Part shown: positions 1 through 14,104 of the stretch, one piece after another | Layout of the letters: every line of letters starts with the position of its first letter | How positions within the stretch are numbered: position 1 is the first letter of the stretch | NCBI RefSeq assembly: GCF_964204865.1 | Contig: NC_135261.1 | Span: 7,502,001-7,566,000, forward strand | DNA length: 64,000 bases | Source of the DNA: Styela clava | Lineage: Eukaryota | Direction: 5' to 3' | Position numbers and translations under genes: made by a program | The notes under the pieces: generated by a model | What the model was told of the DNA's origin: nothing | Database searches by the model: none | The model's input: the letters and a program-made list of their open reading frames with translations, nothing else

Positions 1-810
1 GCAACGTTCCGATTATTGACAAATTCTGAGATATCTAATTATCTTGCGGCCTGTGTATTTTGATATAAAATGCAATATAACATAAAGCAATAAATTTTAA
101 TTCTCAGACAAGAAATTGATATTTTAAACATTTAGTGCATGGATAAATTCTTCGATCATCTGTTTTATAGCGGAAAACCAATTTTATAATTTATGTAAAT
201 TACACCAATGGCGATAACGTCATCAATATTTATTATATATATATATATATTTTTCTTTTAATAGTCGTATAATCCCAAATTGAATTTTTCATTATCGCTT
301 TCGGAATGTGGCCTTCATGGGTTCGAATAGAATTAAAAAAATTTATTTATTCTCAAGTCTATCATTAACTATTTTCAACAGAAAATAATCGCAATTTGAA
401 AAGGTATTTGCCAATCGTTTGCAGAGAGCATTCAAATAGTCCTTTTTTTCTTTTTTCTCTTCGGATCAGAGATCAAATCTGTCTCGGATCAGTGTCATAT
501 TGACACGTCATATCATATAGAAACACTATTGCTACTGATTACAAACAAAGTTAACGCATGCTGTCTGTATTTAACCTCGTCTGATTTGTGAATGATATTT
601 TATTCATTATATGAGTTGGGATAAAGATTAAATATTTTATCTTGTATTTTTGATTCCAGCTTTTTGTACATTTAACAATTTCCCTGAAACATGCCATATG
701 GTTGCTTGCTACAATATACAAATACTCGTGACTCCAATCCACAAATAACATACATAATATATTTATTTGTTGTATCAGTTTTATATAGTATGCCAACGGT
801 TTTCAAACTT
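1..810 (+). repeat. Local segmental duplication, paralogous to ~5906-7320
   Basis: cgattattgacaaattctgaga... is colinear in both; the second copy has insertions (e.g. ~6405-6730). Confidence 0.85.
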
Positions 811-959
811 TTTGTTCGTTTGGTGGGAGATTGTCTGAGAAAAAACTCACAAAGAGTCGCAAATGCAATAATTTAAAAAATTTATCTCAGTCGCACGCGT
901 GGTTTAGACATTGATTATTTACCCTATAAGCTGATCGCTATACATCGTTTAATTATCGT

Positions 960-1200
960 ATTATACTGCGATGTTATTGTACCGTGATTGTAAGTTGGAA
1001 GCTGATAAATAAAGCCATTGTCTCTTTTAAAGTGTCTGACAAAGACGGGACGTATTTTTTAGTCAAGGCGTTGCTGTTGCTACTCGATTAGCAACAGACG
1101 ATAAGCTGTCGTCCACAAACCAACAAAAAACAAGTCAATATATACTTTCTTACTCCCAAACTGGTACTAAGACAGCACTAGCTTTACCGCGTCCTGTGAC
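960..1200 (+). repeat. Interspersed repeat fragment
   Basis: Matches ~30340-30575 (ctgcgatgttattg...ctagctttac). Confidence 0.75.
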
Positions 1201-1293
1201 AATGGTGATTTATGTGTCTTGTGCTAACGTGAATTTGAATTTTCCCCAAATTTTCTGTCAGTATATCAGTAAAACATATATATATATATATAT

Positions 1294-1876
1294 CAGGGGT
1301 GGCCAACCTGCTTCCGACCGCGATTGACTAAAATCTTCAAAATAGCTCGCGATCGACGGATCGGTTGTAATGCCATAAACAAAAATGAATGGATACGAAT
1401 ACGCAGATAACCGCACAAACGCATACATAAACCTCACTACTGCCAATAAGCTCGACTCTGCGGGCGCATTCTCAATGAAATTGCCACAAAAATTGGCATT
1501 TTTTTATATTCCATTCAATTTGTTAAATTTTTGACTACGTAATTGTACCCGGAGTAGATTTTTTATCATTTATTTAAGATTTATTCAAATCATACAATTC
1601 AGATCTAGGGCCTGTCTAATTTCTAGTCGTAAGTGTTTTCAATTCCTCCAAAAACTTTGGATGAAAGTATCCATGGATTATCTAAACAGCGAATAATGAC
1701 CAATCTCAAACCATAATTGTTACATGACTGCTCAAACTTCTAATTTACAATGGTCTTCAAGTCCGATTCTTTTCTCGCTTGGAACTTTGGTAAATTTACT
1801 CAACTTCAGAAGCGATCGACTACTCGAAACGTGGCGATCGACCGGTCTATCGCGATCGGCGTGTTGGCCACCCTTG
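1294..1876. mobile_element. hAT-type MITE
   Basis: TIRs caggggtggccaac ... gttggccacccttg; inserted in a TA-rich tract. Confidence 0.7.
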
Positions 1877-2139
1877 CAATATATATAGTACAACAAAATA
1901 TTTTTTCCGTTTGCATTTTCAAAATTTTGCAAATATTAATTTTATGTGCTGACAGAATTAAAAGGCTAAAAACGATAAAGACTTGTTACAATTGACCCGC
2001 GAAATCTTGTTTTAGCATATTTACTGCCGAAAAGCATAATATTTACGGATAAGGGATTTAATAAAACTGATTTGCAATAAGTGTGCCGCGACTTTTTAAT
2101 CTTGAAATTAGTGTGCCGCAAGCTGAAGTTTGGGAAACC

Positions 2140-5100
2140 CTGGAATAGAGTGCTATGAAAAGACAATAGTACACAAATTTTAAGAAGATTAATGAGCGAA
2201 TTTAAGTTTGAACTATAGTCAGTGTTTGGCTGCTACGAAAAAATTCATTAGCGTCTTAGACAGGTATGTGAGATATAGAAATCTAGTTTTCTAATAATAA
2301 ACGACACAGAAATATATTATGATTTCAGTCGAGGCCGTACTACTTGTACTAAAACGTACTGGGATAGACTGTAAGAAGATGGTTGTGCACTCCTGCTCTA
2401 AATATTGAGAAATTGTCCTATTGTATAACTCACGTCTCATTGATTTGCTCGGCGCCAAGGAGACTTGAGGCCGCGCTGGGTGAAGCACGAAGAACCGCAC
2501 TGAAACTGCACTCTATCTGCAATACTGACAACCGCAGAACTATTACTCTCAAATTGTATCAGAATAATTGGATTGAAAATGTACAAATGAACAGTTTTCA
2601 AAATTTTATATCAAATTATCTTTTCACAATGTAGAGCAGAGTAGGGTTTTTAAAATCATAATTTGCTTCGCATATGAATGTTGCGTTCCCTCAGAGTTGT
2701 ATTATGCCGTATGAAAATCTACTCTCGTTATTCCTCTGAAAATTAAGATACCATCAAGCAAAAGCATGGCGGGTGATGTACACCGTAATTGAAAAAATAT
2801 CATTCAAAATTTTCAAACACCTATACTCATTTCTTCAACTGTGCCACGCATTCTAATTACTGATATTTTCAAAATTCTAATTTACAAATAAATCGAAATC
2901 CAGATGCTGATTTGATCTCAGCAGTCAGGACGTTATAGATCAGACAAAAACTTTGTCAGATTTCACAAAAAACTTCACATTTTCTAATTTATAGTATTTT
3001 ATAACCATTATGTCCTCCAAACTATTATGAATTAAATTTGTTAACTGTGCAAATATTCAATGTACTATAAAATCTTTAAAAAAAAAACAGACGTAATTTA
3101 CGACCAATATATCATTATCGGTATCCAATTTTAAAAAAGCTGAAAATAATTAATACACCGTTGCCACGTCTGCACTTCACAATACTGTATTTACTGGCAC
3201 TCTCCTCATTTTAAACATTTTCATCTTGTTGTTCTACGAAGCTGTTATTCGTCTGATTTATATAATATTGTATGGCGCACTCATTGATTTGCTTGGCTCC
3301 AAGAAGATGTGTGGGTGATGCACAAAGTGCCACATTGAAAAGCACCCTCCCTATCTGTAATACTGACAACCGCAGAACTATTAATCTCAAATTGTATTAG
3401 CAGAATTGGATTAAAAATGTATGATTGTGAAGATTTTCAAAATGTTATATAAATTTATTTTTTTTATCTTATATAAAGCTAAGTAGGTTTTTTAAATCCT
3501 AACTTGCTTCACATATGAAGCATGCTTAAATTGGCTTTATACTATTAGTAGTATGGGATGTTGGCAATATCTAAAAAATTAAAGATATGCTATTTACAAT
3601 TTATACTTATTTTTCAGATGTTACTGCGCCGTATGAAAATCTATCTTCTTTATACATTACCCTCTGAAAATTAAGACACCCTCAAACAAAGCATGGCGGG
3701 TGAGAAACAAAATAATTGACAAAATAATTTCATTTCAAATTTCAAACACCTCTCCTCATTTCTTTGACTGTGTCACGAATTCTAATTACTTGTTTTGACA
3801 AAATTAGAATACACAAATAAATAGAAATTGTGATGCTGATTTAAACTTAGTTAGGAAGCTAATGATCAAACAAAAACTCGTCAGATTTCATAACAAACTC
3901 TTCACATTTTCCTATTTCTATTATTTTATAATCATTATGTCCTCAAAACTATAATGCATTCATTTTTGAACTGCACAAAGGTTCGATGTACTAGAAATTC
4001 TTACTCATGAAAAACAGACGTAATTTACGTCCAATATATCATTACCGGTATCAAAGTTTAAAATAGATCAAAATAAATACACCGTTGTGTCATTAAAAAT
4101 TTTATATATTTTATTGGAAAATAACTTTATAATAAATAAATAAATATGATACATCATATTTTTTATCATATAAATATGCTTCGTCATATGTAAGAGTAGC
4201 AAAAATGATATTTTTGAATTTCGCCGAATTTTTGCAAAAAATCGAAAGATTCTTGATTCAGAATTGTTTATTTAAAATTAATAATAGATAATTTACAACA
4301 AAATTAATTATTTACATTTAACAATTTTACTTGTGGTGCACCCACAGATTCGTCTACACTTCATAATGCAGTACTTACCAACACTTTCACATTTTTAAAA
4401 CATTCTCATTTTTTTGTTCTACAAAGCTGGTAATCGTCTGATTTATATAATATCGGAGTGAAGTATTTTTTCATAAATTATTATCTGTTTTTGACAGAGT
4501 AAGTGTAATACTATCTGATTAAATTCGAGGTGATTTATGAGTTAAGTATGGGCGGAATTGCATAGGTTAATTGTCCAATTTTGAGGTTTGGTTATATCTT
4601 GTTATCTTCAAAACATTCCCTCGAAGTAGGTTTTCAAGGGAATCTAATATGATTGATAGCGTTTAAAACCGGGTAACTCTTTCTTGGTAATTACGTGTGA
4701 ACTTTTCTGGCAAATAACACCTATTTAATAAAAATTACGATAGAATTATTGAAACCAGTAAATTACGAAAGTTCTATTTGAAGACAATTAACTTCGCTAT
4801 GTAAATGGGGTGAATACTGGGACGAAGAAATTTGGGAAGTCTCTACCACGAGCTCACGTCATAAATTATAACTGGAAACATTACGAGTCATCTCTAAATC
4901 AAGGGGACACAACATGCGATCGCGGCGGTGTGTGTTTCAACTGCACTGTAAGCACAATGCAAGAATATTTGAGACGTAATTAAAGGTGGGGGCGTAATAA
5001 ACAGTCGTGGGCTATAGCACATTCGCGAAACTTGTTCCGTTTATAGAAATGGATCGTACCTAACCAAATTGTCTCCTAAGATTAAGGAAAGACCTTGACG

Positions 5101-5615
5101 ACCACCAAGCTCTCCCATCCCATCAGAAGATAAAATATATGTATTAGAATACATGTTTAATTGATTTGTAATAATCTTGTTTTTTTCACTTCACTTTATT
5201 TTTTGTATTGTCGGGTGCGATAATAATGTATGGAGTGCTACAAATGCGCAATAGTACAAAAATTATAAACAGATTAATAAGCGAATTTATCTTTGAGAAT
5301 GTCACTGTTTGGCTGCTACAAGAAAAAAATTCATTACCGTCTTAGGCACGAGTATATGAGATATGTGAATCCAAATTTCTAATAAAAAACGACCAAAAAA
5401 AAAAATACTTTGATTTCAGTCGCGACCGTACTGCTTATACTAAAACGTACATGTAGGAACAAGGATGTGCACTCCTGCTCTAATTATTGAGAATTTGTTA
5501 TGTTGCATAGTTTACGTCTCATTGATTAGCTCGGCGCCAAGGAGACTCGAGGCCAAGCAGACTGACGCACGAAAACCGCACTGCAAAACACCCTGTCTGC
5601 AATCCTGTCAACCAC
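2140..5615 (+). repeat. Internally repeated block homologous to the 5' flanks of collagen-discoidin copies 3 and 4
   Basis: ~4570-5610 matches ~53620-54780; ~2530-3250 and ~3360-4450 match each other, ~54770-55320 and partly 42440-42675 and 53355-53480. Confidence 0.85.
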
Positions 5616-8222
5616 GGTTCACGTAACCGAGCAAAATTGAGCAAAATTTTTAGTAGATAAAAATTTTAGTAAATTTTAGTAGAGCAAAAAGTAGATATTT
5701 TCATTACAACACTCATTAGGCAATAGAATTCCTTTTTCAGAAAAAAAAAAAAAATTAATTTGCTCCAGTTTAAGGGTGAACAAACGGTTTTGTTTCGGGG
5801 ACTTCCTTATTTGGATGATATCAAGCTTTTCATTACTTACCTTAACAGTTAAACCTTTGCGCTATTTCACAGGTTTCGTGTTCGGAAATAAAAAATGAAA
5901 AACTTGCGACGTACCGATTATTGACAAATTCTGAGAAATATAATTATCTTGCGGCCTGTGTATTTTGATATAAAATGCATTATAACATAAAGCAATGAAT
6001 TTTAATTCTCAGACAGGAAATTTATTTTTTAAAAATTTAGGGCTCGGATTAATTCTTCGATTATCTGTTTTATAGCGAACAACCAATTTTATAATTTATG
6101 TAAATTACATCATTGGCGATAACGTCATCAATATTTAATATATTTATATATGCTTGGTAAATTTGTTTAATAGTCGTATATTTAATCTCAAATTGATTTT
6201 TTTTTATAATCATTTTCGAAATATGACCTTCGACGCACCAGTGAAAATATAATTGAAAACAATATAATAAAACTAATATAATCAAAGTTCAATTTATCAA
6301 TGCTTGGAAGGTATTGACCAATCGTTTGCAGAGAAGCATTCAAATAGTCGGTATATTCCTTTTTCTTTTACGGATCAGAGATCAACGTATTGACACGTCA
6401 TATCGGTATTTCGCTTTATGAGCATGTTGCGGGGTACGCAACTGTCATATATATCTGGGGGCTTCTGTGTAGGCTATGTATCACATGTCACAACTTTCGC
6501 CACGGGCTTCTGTACATGCTATGTATCACAAAGCATGACCTAGTAATTGCGAGTCGTGAAATAGAGATAGTTTCAAACATTGACAGCGCAAGTTGCTTTA
6601 TTAAATGACTGTAATGTATTCTGAGAATATAATGTTAACTGCCTAATATGCCAGATAATTAATTTTCTCAGACAGTTAGATTCATGCCATATATAAATAG
6701 AAACTTGCGAATATGCCCTTTCCGGAATAATATAGAAAGACTATGGTTACTGATTTCAAACAAAGGTTAACGCATGCTATCTGTATTTTAACTTTATGTG
6801 ATCTGTGAATCTTTTTTTATACATTAGATTGAAACTAAACGTCACTTCACCTTAAAATTTATATTTAACATTAGCCGTGGAATAAAGTTACATTTAAGGT
6901 ATTCAGAATAATTTATGTTTGTATTGAATTCATGGATTTATTGAAAATAAAATATATGCAGTATATGCACGACTCATTTGCTTTAGTCCGGCAGTTTCAA
7001 AACTGTTCTGATCTCGTTAGTTTGGACATGTAATCGAGGGCGCTAAGTGGTCTTCAAGACTACTTTGACATTTCCAAATCGAACCGGTTCATTGGACTGG
7101 TTTTGATGGACATGTAATCAGGCCTTATGTCTCCTGATGCAATAAGTTTGTCAAGCTGGTCTCTGATTTTTTGGCGTAAGTGGGACGGAAGAGGTCTAGT
7201 TTTCGAATGTATACCTTAAAAGATACAAATAACATCTACGGTCTACAAATAACACAATTAATATATTCATTTGTAGTATCAATTTTCTATACCAGCGGTT
7301 TCCAAACTTTCTGTTCGTGGGGCGCCAAATTATTAGGAAAAAACACACGGCGCACTTGGATAAAAAAAAATATACATAAATAAATAATAAACAGAAGAAC
7401 GATGCTTCAATATATAACCTCGAAAGCCAAAACGAAGTATGAAGGGAATGTAATCACAGTACACTACAGGTGCCGTAGTCTTCACGACTAACAAAAGCGG
7501 AACTGGCACAAGGTGCGCAAGTTTGGATGACGTCTTCCCACACTAAAAACGAATTCCATAGAGCCGACAGAAATTTGCGGAGAAAAGTTTGGAGTAAAGT
7601 CCAAGTGTGGTCGTTTAATAGCTCTCAATGTATTATAGCAATGAGTGGGTACCTATTCTGCGTGCTCTTACCCCAGTACTATTAAACGTACTTAAGTTGA
7701 GTGACCCCACTGACTCCCTCAGACGTCTATAAGCACGCAATAGGCTGTAATGCCAAATGTTCACATATTGCAGATTTGCACAATCGAATTGATCCAAATA
7801 CCTGATAAAGAATACACTCAAAATCTAAACGAAAGTATATGTGATGAAACTAAATTTCCAACTAACTAAAAACGATAAAACATAGACAAGCAACCCTTGA
7901 GAGAGGGAAAATACGTCATCAACATTTTCGCTTAAAATGTTGTACAAAAATATCACAAGGAAACGACTGAGGCAACGACTTTGTGCCAGGCAAATAACAC
8001 ACACTATTAACAATGAGTGGTGAAAAGTATTAGAATACACAGAAACTATTTATATGTAATCGCTAAAATAGCATAAGTATCACTGCATTATATTACAATG
8101 CACTACTTGTTCTGTCTTTATATCTCTTTGTATATATATGTCTTATGTGTTTGGCTAGACAACTCATGACATGTTCGGTAATAATGATGTTGCTCGGGTA
8201 TATTGGTAATCTTTCCTTTACA

Positions 8223-11200
8223 CTAAGCAGCTGGACGTATCTTCATCTCGGTGAATTTCAGTGAATAATGATGTCCCCTCCATGTAAACCAATTTATACC
8301 GTCCGCGTAGGACTTGTGTTCACCTTCATAGTATTTGGCGTTTAAATTGGACGTATGACAAGCACTATACCACCATGCTCCTTTGTGCGCCACAGCGCAA
8401 TTTACTTTTTCGTGCGTGTCAAGATCCCTATTCTTTGTCGTAAATTTCTTCCCATTTGTCCCACTGAAAGAATCGCCAGCGTTGCCCCAATACCCATTCA
8501 CACCTATTTGATATTTGACGGCATAGGATTCAATTTTAAACAATCTGTAACAAAATGATATGCATTTGAAACAGGCCATCTCAAAAGCAAAGAGATATTT
8601 ATATTAAACTGGTGAACGAATCCCTGGCGTGGGAATGGCATGTTTCTAATCCAATCTATGAAATAAAATTTTAGCTTTCACATCAGAAAACCATGTTCTT
8701 TGTTCACCCACTAAGATTTGTCTGCATTTACTCAGTGTGCAAATGAACACAATTTGAGTGTATAGTAATCGATAGGCTAATAAAGTCTATATAGCAGTGG
8801 TGACAAGTCGTTTACAATATAGCAAAAACAACTGGTAAATTAATTTGTTGATTTGTAAAACTCCCCCTTTTTGGTTACTTGTCAGCTGCGATTTCACCTA
8901 GTATTTTATCCACATTGGTTGTAGATCAGCAAGTTTGCTGTTCAGCGAGTTTTTGTTGAATATTTGGGCATTATTATTCAAAGACGAAAGCATTATAAAA
9001 TGTGAACAACGGGCTTACGAATATTTTGCATATCTTTTTTGTCCTTCCCAATCTTCCATGTCAACTCTGAGTTCATATTTTCTTCCATCGGATGTTAGTT
9101 TGTGCAGGGTTTCAAGTCCTGAAAGTAGTCATAAGATATGTATCAGGTGCCGAACTCTAGAAGACCAGTAGTCCAGTAGTCCAACAGAAACCTACCTAAC
9201 CAAAACTCCTTTTCTTTGTTTCTGAATCCGAGCACAAAATCGTCCCATCCCCGATAAAAATCAACCGATCCGTCTATCCGGCGTTGAAATACCTGAATAA
9301 TTAATATATAGGCAAAGCGATAAATGTATAAAAAAATACTTTGTTTATCATTGAAATCTGACTTATTCTTCTGAAAAACAAAATATACCTCGGGGTAAGA
9401 ATGTTGTTTCACTTATTAGACTTCGTAAAATTACAATACTTTCCGAGTTTGATTCGATTCACTATTTATTAAAAACTCGTATTGTCTGTAGTCGTTATAA
9501 CGAAGTCCATTACTCAATAAATGACCCGATTTCGAAATCAGACTTGAGAATGACGAGTGAATCGATTTGACTCGCGACGAGCAGTTTTGATATATACACT
9601 CAATTTAGTGCGATGTGCAAATTGTTTACTCACAATCCATCCACCTCCATCTGTCTCTAAATCACAGAAAACTTCTATCTCACGACGATTGTGATAAATA
9701 TCGAATAGGCCTCCGTTTCTGCTCAAAATCTTTGCATTATCCAGCGATACTTTTCTGCAATCAGATGTTTCGCGTATATGACGTTCTTAACAGTAAGTAA
9801 GTTGGTGATAATTGAGAAATTATTTATTGCATTTCACATTAAGAGACATATTTATATTTACCGTTTGAAATAAAATTTCAATACCCTTTGATAGCTCTCC
9901 TTCGATATTTGACATGTGTGATGAAATTTCATTTAATTGTTCAGAATGTTCACGAAGTTGTCGAATTTGCTCTGATAAATATTAAAAAGATGTCTAAACA
10001 GTTTCTATCAAAATTTTGGAAATTTCCTAACCCCGGAATTGGCGTGTATTCACGCTGTCCTCGATTCAATTTAGGAGTTGTTATCATCTAAAACAGGGGT
10101 CGTCAACCTACGGCCCGCGGGCCGGATCCGCTTAACTGAATTATAGTAACAAAACAGCTGTTGTGACGATTATATTTTTACGTAACAGAATTTATTGTGA
10201 AAAACTTGTAGACTAAATTATATTATAATCTAACAAGTATAAAATTCACAATTACTCGTTAATGAGCCTATAATTTAATTATAATTTGACAAATGGCAAC
10301 AAAACGCAGAAAAGTTGATGCTAAGTGCAAAGGGTTCAATGGCGCCGAAAAAATTCAAATATAATTTTTTGAGATGCAATGCAATGAGGAAATAAATCTA
10401 TTTTCTATTCGAGAGATGTATGCTTGATTTTTATTATAAAAAGTATCATCCGTTCGGTTTTCAACTTTCTAAAAATATGTGCGGCCCGCCAATGACTTGC
10501 AAGTTGCAACCCTCAATTTTGGCCTGCGAGCGACAAAAGTTGCCTACCCCTGATCTAGACTGTTCTAAATATTGCTGGAGAATATTTGCATTGTTATTAA
10601 ATTAGGGGAAAGTGGGGAAGGTTGGGACACTTTTTTTCTTTTTCATATTTTGAGCCCTTTATTCTGCACATTCATATGACTTTGCGGGATTAATGCAGAG
10701 AGGGGTAAATGTGGTTTTTATTCAGCGACTAAGAAATTTGCTCGCGACACACATCTTACCACCAAAATGCTTTGAAAAACGTTTGTCAAGTGTCCCACTG
10801 TACCCCATTTGTGGGGCACATTTGGACAGACCCTGGGGCACAATGGGTCACTCTGTTAAAATTCAACGAAGTATGCCCCCAAAAATAAGCAATCAATCAG
10901 CATAATCGTCTAAAGAACAGGGAGACCTCAAATTTCAAGATTTAAGATTTTTAAAATCAATGTTTAACCGAAATATTTCAGATATTTCACCAAAAATTCG
11001 CTTACAAATAAAAATATTTTCTAATCCGAATCTAAATCTGGAAATATTTTTGATTCTCGAATATATTTCATATTGGACCATGAGTCGAAAGATAACATGA
11101 TGTTACGTAAAAATATAACGCATCTCTAGGTCTCTAAGCACTTGTTGTATCAAACACTGTCGAATTGTGCCATGTAGGGCATGTCCCACTGAACCCCGGT

Positions 11201-13345
11201 CCAATGTTCCCCATAATCAACAAATATCTTCAGATCATCCCACGGCGAAATTCGGTGGGCACATCCAGTCGCCAACGTTATAAATATTTCACGGTGGACT
11301 ATAGCTGAAAGATATCAGACAGTGGTTTGTCACGTTGAAAAGGCTAAGTTAGAAAAAAGAAAAAACTGGAAGGGTGAAATTTTAGTTTCAACCCCTCAAA
11401 ACCAATTTCACCTCATAGCTTGCGTCGCTCTACCCGTCCGCTGTCCGTTTGCGGGGACGTTGTAACTCACCGAAGGGCGGATTGAAACATCAAACCGCGG
11501 AACGGATTCCGAATATAGTATTAGTGTGAGAGCTGATTTTCCACTGTGCCCCATGCCCCAACGTGCCCCACCTTCCCCTACAACACTTCGTGATTTACGT
11601 CATGAAGTACGAAATACAGATTCACCAGGGTCATGAGTAAAGCGACACTTTAGCGTTAGGGCAATAGGTTATTCGATACAGGCAACGCATACCTTCACGA
11701 TGTATCATATTGTTCCACACGACAAATGAGAATATCGTCACAACAACCATAATTCCAGTTGTGTAAAATGCTTTTCGGAGTGGCGAAACTGAAAATTAAA
11801 ATGGTTGTTATTTTTCAGCAACTATTTACTCAGTTTCGGATTAAATATGAAAATTATGAGACTTGGTTTTTCTTTTCGGGAGTGTAGGCTACAATCGTTG
11901 GATTCGGAGGGTTCGCACGAGTTCGAACGAACCCGTTTTTAGCATATCGCTAGTATTTTCGGAGCAATATGTTCGCCATGGCTTTCTGAAATGACGGAAT
12001 CTTTTGTTACTGAGTCCAACATAAAAGAAAACCGTTTAAACTTTTGAATCCCACCACTGGTCGTCTACTCAAAGCAATATACACTGTAGACATGGAGTTG
12101 ACATTGGAAAATGAATATATATTGATATTAAATCTATAATACCCACGTCAGGGCAGTAATGAGACAAGTACATGTGTGATTTTCCATGTTTCTACCAGCT
12201 CAGCATTACAACTCAGCAATAAAATTTGAGAAACCAGACAGTAATTTGAAAAGAATGGTGGGTTTTACCGTCAGCATTTTTATTAAAATCTTCTTGTTCC
12301 AATTCTTTCATTCTATTTTCATAAGTCTCAATTCTTCTTGTTAACTCAGCATGGATGCCTGAAAATGTAATGTAGAATATTAACGGACAATCAGATGCTG
12401 ATTGACCCAATGAGATAGTCAGGCTTTTCCATGGGAAATATTGTTCTGATGTCCTATCCCATGGGAATCCCATTCACATCGACAAGGCCTGGGGGTTTCA
12501 TTGGGAAAGGTGTCCCATCACAAAATAAATAATACATACACCCAGTTAAACTAAAAAAATTAAGCCACGCCCCCTTTCTAGAATTTGTCAAGTCTCGCGC
12601 CCTACCTCGCAAATAACGAGCTAACAATAAGCTATAACAGATAGTAAGTCGAATGTACGTTTTATTCAAAAACACGTTGCAAATACGTGGGTGGAACGTA
12701 AATAATGAAATAAATGAAAAGTTTTGAAATGTAAAAGAGGTCAAAATCAAATCTAACAAATATCTCGATTTTTAATGAGCTTAAATAATCTTCTACGCTC
12801 GAGAACCTCAGCATTGTCTGTATACAAGCATATAAAGAAAAAATGGGGAGTAAAAAGGTATAAAGTTTAGCTTTGACGTATCACGTTGCTATGACATAGC
12901 ATCTGTCCTGTGGAGAATACAAATGTGTGATGGACGTTTCCTGTGGACAAGCCGTCTGGATATATATGATTCATTCCCAGTTCTATGCTAACCTGAATCG
13001 CTTGTTGTATTCGATACATCATCCACCAGGTTGGATATGGTTTCCACATTCTCTAAATCTTCTCCTACCTTTTCGATCTGAGAATTAGAAATAAGAAAAT
13101 TGATGCAAAGCAGATATTTTTCTCTGTTTGCCAAGATAAATCCAGATATGACATTGAATCAAAGAGCAGATATGATTATGGTTGCACAAGACGCCACACG
13201 AGGGCGTCAAAGTGTGGATAAACACACAGATTTCAATAAATCCATATACCGTAATTTAAATTCAATAAAAATAGCCGCATTATTTGTTTAATAACCTACT
13301 TACTTTTCCAACCGACTTCTTCGCACGATTATTTAACGCAGCCAT
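8223..13345 (-). CDS. Type II transmembrane fibrinogen-related-domain (FReD) lectin, ~356 aa, FIBCD1/ficolin-like C-terminal domain
   Basis: Manually spliced GT-AG exons, all in frame (1071 nt): 13345-13304 ([14 protein letters not shown]), 13077-12993, 12358-12269 (coiled-coil-like), 11788-11693 (hydrophobic [19 protein letters not shown]), 9971-9885, 9785-9634 (SDC...[13 protein letters not shown]), 9292-9196 ([16 protein letters not shown]...EFWL), 9118-9019 (GLETLH...[12 protein letters not shown]), 8544-8223 (GDSF...NCA...[14 protein letters not shown]...GINWFTWRG...TEMKIRP). The FReD motifs are unambiguous; the start codon is less certain. Confidence 0.9.
10094..10552 (+). mobile_element. 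hAT (Buster/SPIN-like) MITE in FReD intron
   Basis: TIRs caggggtcgtcaac ... gttgcctacccctg; imperfect 8-bp TSD atctaaaa/atctagac; internal [16 protein letters not shown] transposase-start remnant; same family as 30629-31087. Confidence 0.8.
10605..11578. mobile_element. Non-autonomous DNA transposon with TA target duplication
   Basis: TIRs ggggaaagtggggaaggttggg ... cccaacgtgccccaccttcccc, TA on both sides; repeated subterminal TGGGGCACAnTGGG-like motifs in both orientations. Superfamily not assigned. Confidence 0.75.
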
Positions 13346-14104
13346 ATTCCAAAGCTCCTGAGGACAAAGGTATGGCAATTCTTTCGCGAGATGCTAAACG
13401 CTTCACCTGATACCTCTAGTCTAGACAATATAAAACAGAATAATGGTAACAATACAGGTATCAGTTCCAAAGAATGCACCGACGATAAATGCGCTGTCAC
13501 GCTTTTCAGCCGAAACAAAATACTTCAGGCATAGCAGGGCTATTATCTCATATCTACAACGGGCAAAAAACTTTACTTTTAATCTATAACTCTAATGTAA
13601 TATGGGCAATGCGTCCAAGTTTTACACGTATATAATATGATTCTGATTCGTTACGATATTTGTGGACAGTTATTTTTCCTCATAGTATCTGAAAATTCAA
13701 ACTTATTTTAAAACAATTTTCGTGTCTGAAATATCCGTAAGTCTCGCCAATACGAAACAAGCAGACCCTGAAATCGTCCAGGTAGAACAGTTTTGAGTTC
13801 CCACGCTCGATATTTCAGAATGTATGACATTCAAGACAGCCATTTATACGCCAGTAGGCATGAGTGAAACGTGCAAACGATATATATAATATAGTATCCA
13901 TAGAATTCTTTTTGATTGTAGAAAAATATAGTTGGTCTGGAATTTAACCATTCGTATTAGCTAACACCGGTAGCGCGTTTTCTAAGTAAACTATAGTAAC
14001 ATTGTAATTTGAATCTATATTCGCCATTAATGCTAGTTCTGTTTTATAGCAAAGAATTAGAACCATATAAATAATAGCTGAAACATTTTAAAATATTTAC
14101 AACA
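13346..14104. promoter_or_regulatory. Putative bidirectional promoter / 5' region shared by the FReD and C-type lectin genes
   Basis: About 760 bp between divergent start codons; TATA-like catataaata near 14064 and tatataat near 13629 and 13883. Positional inference only. Confidence 0.45.

Noticed and set aside
8223-13345. Calling the FReD gene a ficolin or assigning the symbol FIBCD1
   Set aside because: There is no collagen region, and orthology cannot be established without a phylogeny.
13333-13518. Signal-peptide-like ORF (LIPVLLPLFCFIL) as the first exon of the FReD gene
   Set aside because: No ATG, out of frame with the 13345-13304 exon, and an internal TM exon already explains the topology.
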